Positions 12,890 to 25,891 of a DNA stretch of 64,000 nucleotides are shown in pieces. Position 1 is the stretch's first letter, and the number at the start of each line of letters is the position of its first letter. The position numbers were made by a program, and so were the translations under genes. The notes under the pieces were generated by a model. It ran no database searches, was not told the DNA's origin, and saw nothing but the letters and a program-made list of their open reading frames with translations. The stretch comes from Octopus vulgaris (Eukaryota). The stretch lies in contig OX597824.1 of assembly GCA_951406725.2 (NCBI GenBank), positions 66,774,001 to 66,838,000 on the forward strand, given 5' to 3'.

Positions 12890-14434
12890 AGTAGACAAGA
12901 GTTGTTTTGGCATTTATACATTTAGGCAGGTTTAAATGGGTGGTGGTGGGGGACTTTTTTGGGGGTAGGCATGGCGCAAAACTGTCATTATAAGGGGAGT
13001 GGTCAAAGGAATCGGTGGTAAGGTAGATAAAAGAATAAATAAAAGAATAAAAAATAAAAAATATAAATAGAAAAATAGGGTTTTAGGCAAGCAGGGAGAC
13101 TCCCACTTGTACATCCACATATATATATATACACATATATACACCCGCATATTCACATATACATACATACCCACACATACATCCATATATATATACATAC
13201 ATACACATACATATACACACATATATACATACATATATACATACATATATATATATACATACATACACATACATATACACACATATATATATACATACAT
13301 ATACACATATATATACACACACCCATGCACGCACACACAGACACACATATACATACACATACATACATATATGTATACCCACTCGCACAAACATATACAA
13401 ATGCACATACATGCACACACACACACACACACCCTTACTCTCCCATTTTAATTTTATTATTACTACCCCTGTCTATATCTCTATTTTTACTTCCATCTTG
13501 ACCAGTCAATCGGTCTCAAGGGACGATCCAAAGACTCCATCCAGTCCATCCGTCTACTTACCTACACGAACACAAGCACCCACCCACGCCCACACGCACA
13601 CACATGTACGTGCCACATCCATACACGCACACATCCACATACACTCACGTACACCCACATACACGCACACACACACACACCCCAACACACCCACAGAAGA
13701 CCAGTCCATGTGTTATATTCATACACGCATACATCTACACACATTCACGTATATTCACATACATGCATACACATACATACCTCAACACACTCACAGAAGA
13801 CCAGTCCATACACATACACCAACCAATATATATACACACATACATACACACACACACATACACATACATACATATACATACACATATACACACATATATA
13901 TACATATATACTCATACACATATACATACACATACACACTCACACATATATGCACACACACATACATATACATATACACACATATATATATATGTAAAAA
14001 GGGAAGCTTTATGAAAATATATACACATATACACACATACACATACACATATACATGCGCACACATACACACACACACACACACGCGCGCATCCACATAT
14101 ACACACAAGTACATACATGCATAAATGTATACATATGTCTACACACATGCACACACATTCACACACACACGCGCCTCCCCATGTTCATAAAACCATACAT
14201 GCATACAGGCATATACATACACACATACATGCATACTCAAATAATAATAATAATAATAATGATAATAATAATAATAAAAATAATAAATATATATACATGC
14301 AGTTACCCATTATACAAACGGACACATACATATAAACATACCCATATATACCTATTTACACATATGTATATATACATACATACACACATAACTCTACATA
14401 CCTACATATACATAAACACACAAGCGTACATATA

Positions 14435-14493
<59 letters not shown>

Positions 14494-14542
14494 ACATACA
14501 CACACACATATATACACATCCATATACACATACACACATACA

Positions 14543-14613
<71 letters not shown>

Positions 14614-15491
14614 TTACACACACATCTACACATATATATATATACACATACACATACACACACATATACATATACATACATATATATATATACATATATA
14701 TATATACATATATATATATACATACATGTGTATATATACACACACATATATATATATACACACACATACATATACACACAAGCACATACATGCATAAATG
14801 TATACATATGTTTATACAAATGCATACACATACACACACTCACGCGCCTCCTTATATACATAAATACATACATGCATACAAACGCATACTCATGTAATAA
14901 ATAATGAATAATAAACAATAGATATATATACACATGCAGTTACCCTTTGTACAGACGGAAACATACATATAAGCATACACGTATATACCTATCTGCACAT
15001 ATGCATATATACATACATACATGTACATACACATAACTCTACATACTTACATATACATGTATGTATATATATATGTGTGTATATGTATGTGTATGTATGT
15101 ATATATATATATATGTATGTATATATGTATGTATATATGTGTGTATATGTATGTGTATGTATGTATATATATATGGATGTATGTGTGGGTATGTATGCAT
15201 ATGTATAGATATATGTGAATATGCGGGTGTATATATGTGTGTATATATATATATGTGGATGTACAAGTGGGAGTCTCCCTGCTTGCCTAAAACCCTATTT
15301 TTCTATTTCTATTTTTTTATTTTTTATTTTTTATTCTTTTATTTATTCTTTTATCTACCTTACCACCGATTCCTTTGACCACTCCCCTTATAATGACAGT
15401 TTTGCGCCATGTCTACCCCCAAAAAAGTCCCCCACCACCACCCATTTAAACCTGCCTAAATGTATAAATGCCAAAACAACTCTTGTCTACT

Positions 15492-15542
15492 AGCTTCCTG
15501 ATGATTTCTTTTGAATGAAACAGTTCTAGTCCTGTAGAAGCT
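15492..15542 (+). ncRNA. Type I hammerhead ribozyme motif
   Basis: agcttc-CTGATGA-t ttc tttt gaa t-GAAA-cag ttctagtc ctg-TA-gaagct: stems I, II and III plus intact core. Predicted GUA cleavage after 15536. Confidence 0.82.
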
Positions 15543-16146
15543 CCTTCTATAAAATAAATTAATTTACTCTGCTATGTATTGAGTACCTTATTTACTGTGG
15601 TTAACCCCGACTCAACCCGGGACCTATATATATATATATATATATATACATACATACATATATTTATATATATAGACAGTCAAGTCAAATAAACAAATAA
15701 CAAAATTAACAGACAAGAAAATATGCACATGGAATATATTAGCTTGATGCTCAGTAAAAACAGAGTTTGATGTTTTGAGCATAGCTATTTATCAGAAAGG
15801 AGATGGGGAAGAGTCCAAAGAAGGAAAAGAAATCACCAACAGCATGTGTGTTGTTATTTTTCATGTACTAGCCATTCTACTGAGGAACACTTATTAACTC
15901 ATTTTTATGTTTCTTACAACTGACCGAAAAAAATTTCAATAAATGCCTGAGCTTACAATTGTCTGAAATGGCTAATAATTTCTGTCATGCATACCACAAG
16001 TTTTCATTTAGTTAGAGATGGAAGATGATCAAAGAAACCATTTCTATAAGGGACATCATAACCTGTAGTTTAGTTACAACAAGAACATTAATAATTATAC
16101 AGTGATGATTCCAATAGCTATCAACCTTATTTTTTTTCTTTTTCAG

Positions 16147-16222
16147 GCCTGAATCCTCTAAGAAACCAGATCCTCCAGCTTTCTGCAATTCCAGTTGGCA
16201 CTTTAATGAATCAGATATCAAG
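16147..16222 (+). CDS. RNASET2: Ribonuclease T2, coding exon 4 (PESSKKPDPPAFCNSSWHFNESDIK)
   Basis: Poly-T plus cag acceptor, AAG|GTTATT donor. CNxSWxFN motif; phase 2 in and phase 0 out, consistent with both neighbours. Confidence 0.93.
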
Positions 16223-17954
16223 GTTATTAATGATTGTTTTGATACTGCCCTTTGCTTCAGTACAGAGTTAGCTCTAGTGAAGGCAGCTAATTCCTGAAAA
16301 CTCCTATCCTACAGACAGCTGCTAATGATATAGGTTGGTAGTGGTGGTGGTGGTGGTGGTGGTGGGGACATCATGCAGGTAAGAAAGGTTGGCACTGAAT
16401 TACTAGCACTCTGTCAGTTAAGACAAGGGTCCAGTTGATATGATCAATGGAACAGCCTGTTCATGAAATTAAAGTGTAAGTGGCTGAGCACTCCACAGAC
16501 ATGTGTGCCTTAATGTAGTTCTCAGGGAGATTTGGCATGAGATAAGATGTGATAAGACTGGCCCTTTGAGTACAATTCATTTTTGCTGGCTGAGTAGGTG
16601 CACTATATTATGCACCTAAATTTTTTCTAAGGTGTGTATTACCATTATTAACAATATAACTTTTAGTAATATTGGTTTCAAAATTTAACTCATACTCTTT
16701 ACTCTTTTACTTGTTTCAGTCATTTGACTGTGGCCATGCTGGAGCACCGCCTTTAATCAAGCAACTCGACCCCGGGACTTATTCTTTGTAAGCCCAGTAC
16801 TTATTCTATCGGTCTCTTTTGCTGAACCGGTAAGTGACGGGGACATAAACACACCAGCATCGGTTGTCAAGCAATGCTAGAGGGACAAACACAGACACAC
16901 AAACATACACGCACACATATATATATATATACATATATACATGGTCAGCAATTTTTTGGAAGGAGTATATCAATTACATCAACCTGAGTCCTTGACTGGT
17001 GCTTATTCTATCAACCCTGAAGGGATGAAAGGCAAAGTCAGCTTTCATGGTATTTGAATAAAATGTCACTAAGCTTTTTTCCTGGTATTTTTGTAATGTT
17101 GTGAGTCTGCAATGAATTATATTGACTCTAGTACTTGTCTGGCTCTGTATTTTATCACCTTTCAGAAAATGAAAGGCAAAGTTGCTCTTGGTAGAATTTT
17201 AAATAAAAAAATAAAGTTTATCAACTAAACTTTGTAAGGCATTTTCTTCGGTATTCTTACATTCCTGCCAATCCAAAACAATTTTTTTTTCCTGTTTCAT
17301 AAAACGTTTTTACTTCTGTACAATCCTTTTTAGTTGACATATGTTTCAACTTTCTATATATATGTTCCAATGGAACTATGGCCAGTGGATCTGAGCACTG
17401 GAATCTGGGAGATAAAACACTGGAATTTTATATGAAGTAGAAGTTCATACATCAAAGCTGAGCCTAACTATGCATACAAAAAGGGGAAAATATATTTGAT
17501 GATGATGAGGAACTAAAGCAAAGATGAGATTAACAATCTGCACAGATATTTCACAAGTCCTTTACACTATATGTTGCTGAACAATGAAGTTGTCTGTACC
17601 TGGTCATTTTACCAGTTAAAATCTGCAGCTTTATCTCCCTCAAATCACACCCTTCTACATTTAAACAGGATGGATACATTTGATAATATAGACTTTCATA
17701 CAACATGCCTGGAAATATGAACAGGTCATACTGTTGCAACTGGAACTCCTTTCATCAAGCAGGACCTATCTTGAGTTTGACAACAACTTCTGAGCTGCAA
17801 GAAGAGTGAAGTACTGAAAAACGAAAAAACTTTTTGTGGAATGCCCCTTGTCCCCCACCACCCACTGTGATAGATGTAAGGAATACAGATAAATGAAAAT
17901 TTACTGTTCAACATACTGGGGTTTATGTCATTTAGAACTGTGAATTTTCCAGCC

Positions 17955-17995
<41 letters not shown>

Positions 17996-18073
17996 ATAAA
18001 TATTAGGGAATAAATCCAAATTTACAGGGAAAAATCAGATTTAGGATTGAATCCAATTTTATAGTAAAATATT

Positions 18074-18300
18074 ATATTATATTAAATTAGAGACAAAACC
18101 ACTATTATGCAAATCAAACAAAGAAAGACTTAAGCCAATACATAAAATAATTTATATAAATTTAGAAATTTAACAATTATAAATAAATTATTTATAATTG
18201 TTAAATTTCTAAATTTATATAAATTATTTTATGTATTGGCTTAAGTCTTTCTTTGTTTGATTTGCATAATAGTGGTTTTGTCTCTAATTTAATATAATAT
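18074..18300. repeat. Perfect 227-bp palindrome (113-bp arms, 1-nt centre at 18187)
   Basis: Arms checked as exact reverse complements. Confidence 0.95.
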
Positions 18301-18767
18301 ATATATATATATATACACATCACACTTATCTGTTACTTTTATCGTTAAAATACATATTTCTGTTTTTTTCCCTGTATTAATAATTTACGTCATAATTATA
18401 ATTAATGACATTTTTTTTTGCAACACCAAATTTTTAGTTTAATGGTTAAAATTTCAATTTTCGATATTATAATATATTTCTACTTATTAGTCCTAAAATT
18501 ATTATTATTTACATATTGATTTAAAGTGATATAATTCTTGTAACACTAAATTTATAGTTAATTGCTAACTTGGTTTTTGTTTAATTTTAATTCCAAATTT
18601 TTCAATTATATATTTTAAGTTATAAGTTTCATTTTTAGTTTAACGTCTAAAATTCCATTTAACTGACATATATAAGATAAATAACATTTTTACTTTCCAT
18701 AAAAATCGGAAAATCTTATCTGATTATTTATATATATTATATATTCCTTCTAATGATATATTTTCAG

Positions 18768-18835
18768 TCCATCGAGGATGAACTGAAAATACGTTGGCCT
18801 AACGTCTTCACTTCTACAGGAAGGACCTCATTTTG
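18768..18835 (+). CDS. RNASET2: Ribonuclease T2, coding exon 5 (SIEDELKIRWPNVFTSTGRTSFW)
   Basis: ttttcag acceptor, TG|GTAAGT donor. LxxxWPN...FW motif of T2 RNases. Confidence 0.95.
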
Positions 18836-19381
18836 GTAAGTTACCATCCAGTCTCATGGAATTTTATTTTATTTTGACAGTTACATAATGGGTTTCTATT
18901 CGCTATTTGGATATTTTCATTAAAATAACAAAAACTCAGGAAGCATCCAACATAACCACATTAAAGTTCTATAAACTATTTCTGTCTATCTATTAATTGA
19001 TAGCTATAGACTGAAATTATCTTTTCACTCAACAACTAGAGACTGTATCGGATAGCTTGTGAATAAGTAATTGTTTGGACTTCTGACCATATATATTTAG
19101 TCTCCACTGGGAAATTAGACCCATGGGAGCATTTTCAGCAGCTTAGCTTGTAGATTGAATTAATTAGTTTTATTGTCATGTAATATTTTACCTAGGTTCA
19201 TTTACCACTACTTACTTAATTGCTGATGACAATTGCAGAATCCTATTTCTTAAAATGTAAATAAATATGTACCTAAGCACCACCTCATTTAAATAATCAT
19301 ATGGGGTTGATGATAGGACAGTATATGAAGGGTAAATAAAATAATAATAATAATAATAATGATAATAATAATAATGAAATT

Positions 19382-19728
19382 TACATTATTTACATTTGAC
19401 GGATATTTGTCCCCATCTTCTTTGTTGTTAACATGTTTCGGCTGATATACCTGTGGCATATGGTATAGTGGTTAAGAGCACAGGCTTCTAACCACAAGAT
19501 TCCGAGTTCAGTTCCAAGCTGTGTCCTGAATAATAATATTGATGATAATAATTACATTGAAAAATACCTTAGGAATGAGAACCCAGGTTCGAAATTTCCC
19601 CAAGGCACCTGATGAATGCTGGAGGGTATATCAGCCGAAACGTTGTGTTAACAACAAACAAGATGAGGACAAATATCCGTTAAATATAAATAATATACAT
19701 AATTCCTCATCTCTTAAATATAGAACTA
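19382..19728 (+). mobile_element. tRNA-headed short element with hammerhead-bearing Penelope-type tail and inverted partial tail copy
   Basis: tRNA-like head about 19452-19523; hammerhead core 19604-19649; 19382-19451 is the reverse complement of about 19625-19697; 12-bp TSD aataatgaaatt at 19370 and 19729. Confidence 0.75.
19604..19649 (+). ncRNA. Minimal type I hammerhead ribozyme motif
   Basis: ggcac-CTGATGA-at gctg gagggtatat cagc c-GAAA-cg-TT-gtgtt, with palindromic AACGTT in place of stem III. Confidence 0.65.
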
Positions 19729-20505
19729 AATAATGAAATTATTGTGTATAGTGCTCAGGTGTACTACAACTCATCGAAGGTGCATGTACAGTATATAGAA
19801 TTATGTACAAAAATCAGGAAAGTGAACAGTGTAAGAGCCATGATATACATGTGTGCCAAGGGAAAGGCAAAGGCTGATACAGCTTGAAACCAGTGATGTT
19901 GCCACTCATTTCTACACTGAGTGAACTGGAGCAACATGAAATAACACAACACATAACCCAGTCTGGGGCTTATGGACACAACACAATAACCCAGTCTGGG
20001 AATCAGACTCACTATCTCATGATTGTAATCCCAACACTCTAACCACTGAGCCATAGTCACAGATGCTGCTGTGTGGTTAGACATTTACTTCCTAACCACT
20101 AGGTTCTGGATTCAATCTCAGTGCCTGGTACCTTGGGTGAGTGTCTTCTATTACAGCCTCTAGCTGACCAAATCCTTGTGAGTAGATTTGGTTGATGGAA
20201 ATTGAAATAAGCCCATTGTATGTGTGTGTGTCTTTGTCCTCCACCACCATTTGACAACCAAGCTTAGTGATTCAGTAAAAGAGACCAATAAAATAAGTAC
20301 CAGGTTAAAAAAAACATATTGGGGTCGATTCATTTGACTAAAAATTCTTCAAGGTGTTGCCCCAGCATGGCCATAGTATAATGACTGAAACAAATAAAAG
20401 ATAGAAGATAGCTGTATGATTAAGAGGCTTGCTTTACAACCAATGATTTTGTGTTCAGTCCCACTGTGTGGTAGACAGAAACTGTATGGAAGCCCATTGT
20501 GTATG

Positions 20506-21050
20506 TACTAGGTGTTTGGGTTAAATTTGACAGATTGCATAAAAGGAAAAGGAAACACAATATCCCATCCAAAAATGAAAAATATTTTATAAATCAAAAA
20601 ATATCAAGATAACAGTTTACTCAAAGTAGCTGCCCTCAGCTTCCATCATGGTCTCAAGACAGTTCTGGAACCTAGTGCAGGTGTTCTTCACTGTGTCTCT
20701 GGGAAAATCTTTGAACACCTTCTTGATCTTGGCTACCAGTTTGGCTATGGTGTTGCAGGCAGAGTATTTGGTGTCTTTCACAACTGCATCCCACACATTA
20801 TAATCCATGAGATTACAATCGAGTGAATTAGGAGGCCAGAAATTAAGGCTGGTGAAGTTGTAGAAATTCCCTGACAACCACCTCTGAGTCTTTCCAGAGG
20901 TATGGCAAAGGGTCAAATCCTGCTGTCACACATATGGCCTTCCAGTAGTAATCCTTTCCAGCCAGAGACTGACCTCAATCTCCACTAGCTTCACATAGCT
21001 GTATGAATTTAGCCTAAGGCCTTGTTCAAAGACATGAGGATGAATTCCAG
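20506..21050 (-). mobile_element. Tc1/mariner transposase 3' fragment
   Basis: ORF 20617-20916 has WPPNSLDCNLMDYNVW...EAEGSYFE. Confidence 0.78.
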
Positions 21051-21644
21051 CATGTGGATGCAGTGAGAATGCCTGTTGTATCTCTTCCTGCTTGTCATAG
21101 TTTCATAGTCTCCACTGCCATTGTCTGTGTTATATCTTATGGCCTTTCCAGCTTTCACAGGACATTGAGCAGAAATCATGACGTTGGTATTTTGATACCT
21201 GGAGGCGAGCTGGCTGAAACGTTAGCATGCTGGGCGAAATGCGTAGCTGTATTTCATCTGCCATTACGTTCTGAGTTCAAATTCCGCCGAGGTTGACTTT
21301 ACCTTTCATCTTTTTGGGGTCGATTAAATAAGTACCAGTTACGCACTGGGGTCGATGTAATCGACTTAATCCGTTTGTCTGTCCTTGTTTTGTCCCCTCT
21401 ATGTTTAGCTCCTTGTGGGTAGTAAAGAAATAGGTATTTTGATACCTGGCATGAATCATCGTGATACAGGTAACTCTTTTCCAATATTCAGATGGCTTCC
21501 AGTCCTTCATGTCAGTTCACTTTTTCTCACCTATAACTTTAATCTTTATGTTCTGCAATGCCATTGACTGTTCGCCAATACATCAAGCTGTTCCTGAAAA
21601 AGGGAGACACTAAAAAAAAATCATCAAATTTAGCCCAAATGCCC

Positions 21645-21689
<45 letters not shown>

Positions 21690-21854
21690 GTGTGCAGGTA
21701 TTTGTTCCCTATCACCAGTTGATAATTGGTGATGGTCTGTTTACAACCCTGTAACTTAGTAGTTTGGTAAAAAAGACTTTTATAGAATAAGCACCATACT
21801 TACAAACAAGTACTGGGTTTCATTTATTCAACTAAAACCTGCCTTCAAGGCAGT

Positions 21855-21952
21855 GCCCCACTGGCATGACCCACCGGCATGGCCCCTCTGGCATGGTCCC
21901 ACTGGTATGGTTCCACTGGCATGGTCCCACTGGTGTTGCCCCACTGGCACGG
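21855..21952 (+). repeat. 14-bp minisatellite (about ggtcccactggcat x7) inside a SINE tail
   Basis: Seen directly. Confidence 0.85.
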
Positions 21953-22310
21953 CTACAGTCAATAGATAAAATATAAGAGAAAATTATTGTAGTTACTGCA
22001 AATAGACACTAGCAACATTAGACATTTCTGCCTACTTTCGAGGCAACTGAAAAGAATAACGAAGAATTTGGTATAGAGAAGAAAACAATCATTAAAGGAA
22101 AGATTAAGCCTAAAAAGTCATCATCATTGTCATCATTTAATGTCCGTTTTCCATGCTGGCATGGGATGGATGGTTTGACAGTTACTGGTTAGTCAGAAGA
22201 TTGCACCAAGCCCTACTGTCTACTTCAGCATGGTTTCTATGGCTGGATGCCCATCATGACACCAATAACATTAATTTACTTGTGTCTGTATTAGTGAATG
22301 TGCAACTGTG

Positions 22311-22367
<57 letters not shown>

Positions 22368-22405
22368 CTGTATACATCTATGTGTATGTCTACCTGTAAG
22401 TCTTC

Positions 22406-25400
22406 CATCATCATCATCATCATCATCATTTAGCGTCCGTTTTCCATGCTAGCATGGGTTGGACGGTTCAACTGGGGTCTGTGAAGCCAAAAGGCTGCAT
22501 CAGGCCCAATCTGATCTGGCAGTGTTTCTACGGCTGGATGCCCTTCCTAACGCCAACCACTCCACAAGTGTAGTGGGTGCTTTTTACGTGCCACCCGCAC
22601 AGGAGCCAGACAGAGCTGGCAAACGGCCACGAACGGATGGTGCTTTTACGTGCCACCGGCACGGGGGCCAGGCGAGGCTGGCAACGGACACGAACGGATG
22701 GTGCTTTTACGTGCCACCGGAACGGAGGCCAGACGGGGCGGCGGTGCTGGCAACGGCCACGAACGGATGGTGCTTTTTACGTGCCACCGGCACGGGGGCC
22801 ATGCGAGGCTGGCAACGGCCATGAACGGATGGTGCTTTTTACGTGTCACCGGCACGGAGGCCAGTCGGGGCGGCGCTGGCAATGGCCATGATCGGATGGT
22901 TCGCTTACTTGTCACCGGCACTGGTATTACAGTTGCTCGACTTCGATTTTGGTTCTGATATCTGATTTGATTTGGTTTGATTTGATTTTGATTTTGATTT
23001 TCACTTGCCTCAACGGGTCTTCACAAGTGGAGTTTTATGTCCCAAGAGGGAAAGGTATGTATAAGTCGACTGGCTACATACCAGGTAGAGGCCACGGGTT
23101 ATGGTCTCACTAGTCTTGCCGGGTCTTCTCACGCACAGCATACTTCCATAGGTCTCGGTCTCTAGTCATTTCCTTGGTGAGACCTAAAGTGCGAAGGTCG
23201 TGCTTCACCACCTCGTCCCAGGTTTTCCTGGGTCTACCTCTTCCACAGGTTCCCTCAACTGCTAGGGTGTGGCACTTTTGCACACAACTATCTTCAGCCA
23301 TTCTCGTCACATGACCATACCAGTGCAAACGTCTCTCTTGCACACCACAACTGATGCTTCTTAGGTCCAACTTTTCTCTCAAGGTACTTACACTCTCAAT
23401 TATGAACACTGACATTACACATCCATCGGAGCATACTGGCTTCATTTCTTGCGAGCTTACGCATATCCTCAGCAGTCACGGCCCATGTTTCACTACCATG
23501 TAGCATGGCTGTACGTACACATGCATCATACAGTCTGCCTTTTACTCTGAGCAAGAGGCCTTTTGTCACCAGCAGGGGTAAGAGCTCTCTAAACTTTGCC
23601 CAGGCTATTCTTACTCTAGCAGTTACACTTTCAGCACACCCACCCCCGCTACTGACTTGGTCACCTAGGTAGCGGAAGCTATCAACTATTTCTAGTTTTT
23701 CTCCCTGGAATGTGGTGGAAGTTGGTCTCTGCACATTTCCAGTGTTTATTGCTCCTGAGCATCTGCCACAGACAAAAACTATTTTCCTAGTTAGCCTTCC
23801 TTTGACATTGCTGCACCTCTTATGTGTCCATAGCTTACACTTGGTGCACCTTATAGAGTTTCTACCTACACCTTTTTTACAGATCGAGCAGGACCATCTA
23901 CCTGAAGTCGTTTGTGATTGGTCTACCTTCCTACTTATTAGGACTTTGGTTTTGGCTAGGTTGATTCTAAGGCCCTTCGATTCTAATCCTTGCTTCTACA
24001 CCTGAAACTTCTCCTCCAGTTCTGATAGTGACTCAGCAATTAGAGCAAGGTCATCAGCATAGAGGAGCTCCCAGGGGCATCCTGTCTTGAATTCCTCCGT
24101 TATTGCCTGGAGGACTATTATAAATAGGAGGGAACTGAGGACTGAACCTTGGTGGACCCCAACCTCTACCCGGAATTCTTCATTGTACTCGTTGCCAACC
24201 CTCACCTTACTAGCAGCATCTCTGTACATGGCTCGCACTGCTCTCACTAACCATTCATCTATCCCTAGTTTCCTCATTGACCACCAGATAAGGGATCGGG
24301 GGACCCTGTCGAAGGCTTTCTCCATGTCAACAAAAGCCAGGTACAGGGGCTTATCTTTGGCTAGGTATTTCTCCTGCAGCTGTCTTACCAGGAATATAGC
24401 ATCAGTAGTACTTTTCCCTGGCACGAACCCAAACTGCATCTGATCTAAGCTAACTCTCTCTCTAATTAGTTGGGCTATAACCCCCTCCGTAACCTTCATT
24501 ACCTGATCCAGCAGCTTGATACCCCTGTAGTTATTTGTATCTAGGGCGTCACCTTTACCTTTGTAGCAGTTGACTATTATGCTGCTACACCAGTCATTGG
24601 GTATGACTCCTTCGTGTATCACCTGGTTAACTATACGGGTGACTAGGCTATAGCCGACACTACCAGATATTTTGAGCATCTCTGCAGTAATTCCTGATGG
24701 GCCTGGGGCTTTCCCTGTTTTCATGCTTGTAATTGCCTTAACTACTAAGGAACTGTCAACTCGGATTGCTGGTCCCTCTGTTGGGTCGACATTCGGCAGA
24801 CTCTCTTTATCCCATTCATTTTCCTCATTCAGCAACCTTTCATAGTGGCGTCTCCAAACCTCTCTCTTTGCATCCTCATTTAGCGCAAGTGAACCGTCAT
24901 CCTTGCGAACACATTTCTCTCCTACCACGTCACGATTCTCTCTCACACACTGTCTTGCAACACGAAATACCTCAAGTCTTTCATCCTCACGGCGCAAAAC
25001 ATTGGCAAATTTTTTCTTATCTGCTTCCCCTCTGGCTAAATACACCTGCCTCCTAGCTTCCCTTCTGGCAGTCTGATACACTTCCCTGCTACCACCGTTC
25101 TTCCAGTCCTTCCAAGCCTGTTTCTTTTGTCTAATAGCCCTGTCAACAATATTGTTCCACCACCACGTTATTTTGGGTCTTGAGGGGACTTTGCATCAGC
25201 CACAGATCTGGTCAGTGGCTTTCAGCAGGTTGTCCCTCAGAAGCGTCCAGTTGTCTTCTACCCCATGTGTAGCTATACCCCCTTCTATTTCGTCAAAGGC
25301 TTAACATGTCTCTAAATTTCTGTCCATTCGCAAGGTCTTTAAGCTTCCAGACCCTTCTTCTCCATGTTGGTCGTCTTCTAGTCGTCCTCTTAGTCCTGAT

Positions 25401-25853
25401 CCTAAAGTCACTAACTACCAGTCTATGTTGTGGGGTGCATTCTTCGCCTGGGAAGGTTTTGGCATTTATAAGCAGCCATCTTTCCCTTTTTCTGGCAAGG
25501 ATGTAGTCGATTTGGCTAGTATGCCGGCCCGATTGGTAGGTGACCAGGTGGCTTGTCGGTTTCCTGAAGTTAGTGTTGCAAACCATAAGACTATTCGCAT
25601 TGCAGAACTCCAGCAGCCTGGTTCCCTCCTCGTTGCGGGAACCATAACCGTAGCCTCCATGTATGCCATGGAAGCCCCCAGCATGTCGTCCAACATGCCC
25701 ATTGAAGTCACCAGCCACAAAGAGAAGGTCCCTGTCGTTTGTCAATGAGGTGGTCTGCAGTAGGGTGTCATAGAAACTGTCTTTCTGTCCATCAGGTAGC
25801 CCTGGCTGAGGGGCATAGGCTGATATAATGGTTGCTAATCTATGATGAAGCAC
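22406..25853 (-). mobile_element. Long RTE-clade LINE (APE endonuclease plus RT), 5'-truncated, few disabling mutations, antisense in RNase T2 intron 5
   Basis: SAYAPQ, GDFNGH, QIDYIL (APE); KAPGP, NYRGI, FVDMEKAFD, QGSVLS, LYADD (RT); (GAT)n tail; several stops and frameshifts. Confidence 0.95.
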
Positions 25854-25891
25854 TATTCTAATCTTAAGTATTCTGTCACTTACTCTGATTA

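Larger units (their letters stand above)
12822..15624 (+). mobile_element. Non-autonomous Penelope-type fold-back element (inverted pLTR arms 12822-13300 and 15057-15559, microsatellite core, 3' tail to 15624)
   Basis: Arms are reverse complements, each containing a hammerhead motif. The element sits within (TA)n. Confidence 0.8.

Noticed and set aside
22575-22920. Regularly spaced repeats resembling a CRISPR array
   Set aside because: The spacers are themselves homologous, the array is the RTE 3' UTR, and the context is eukaryotic with no cas genes.
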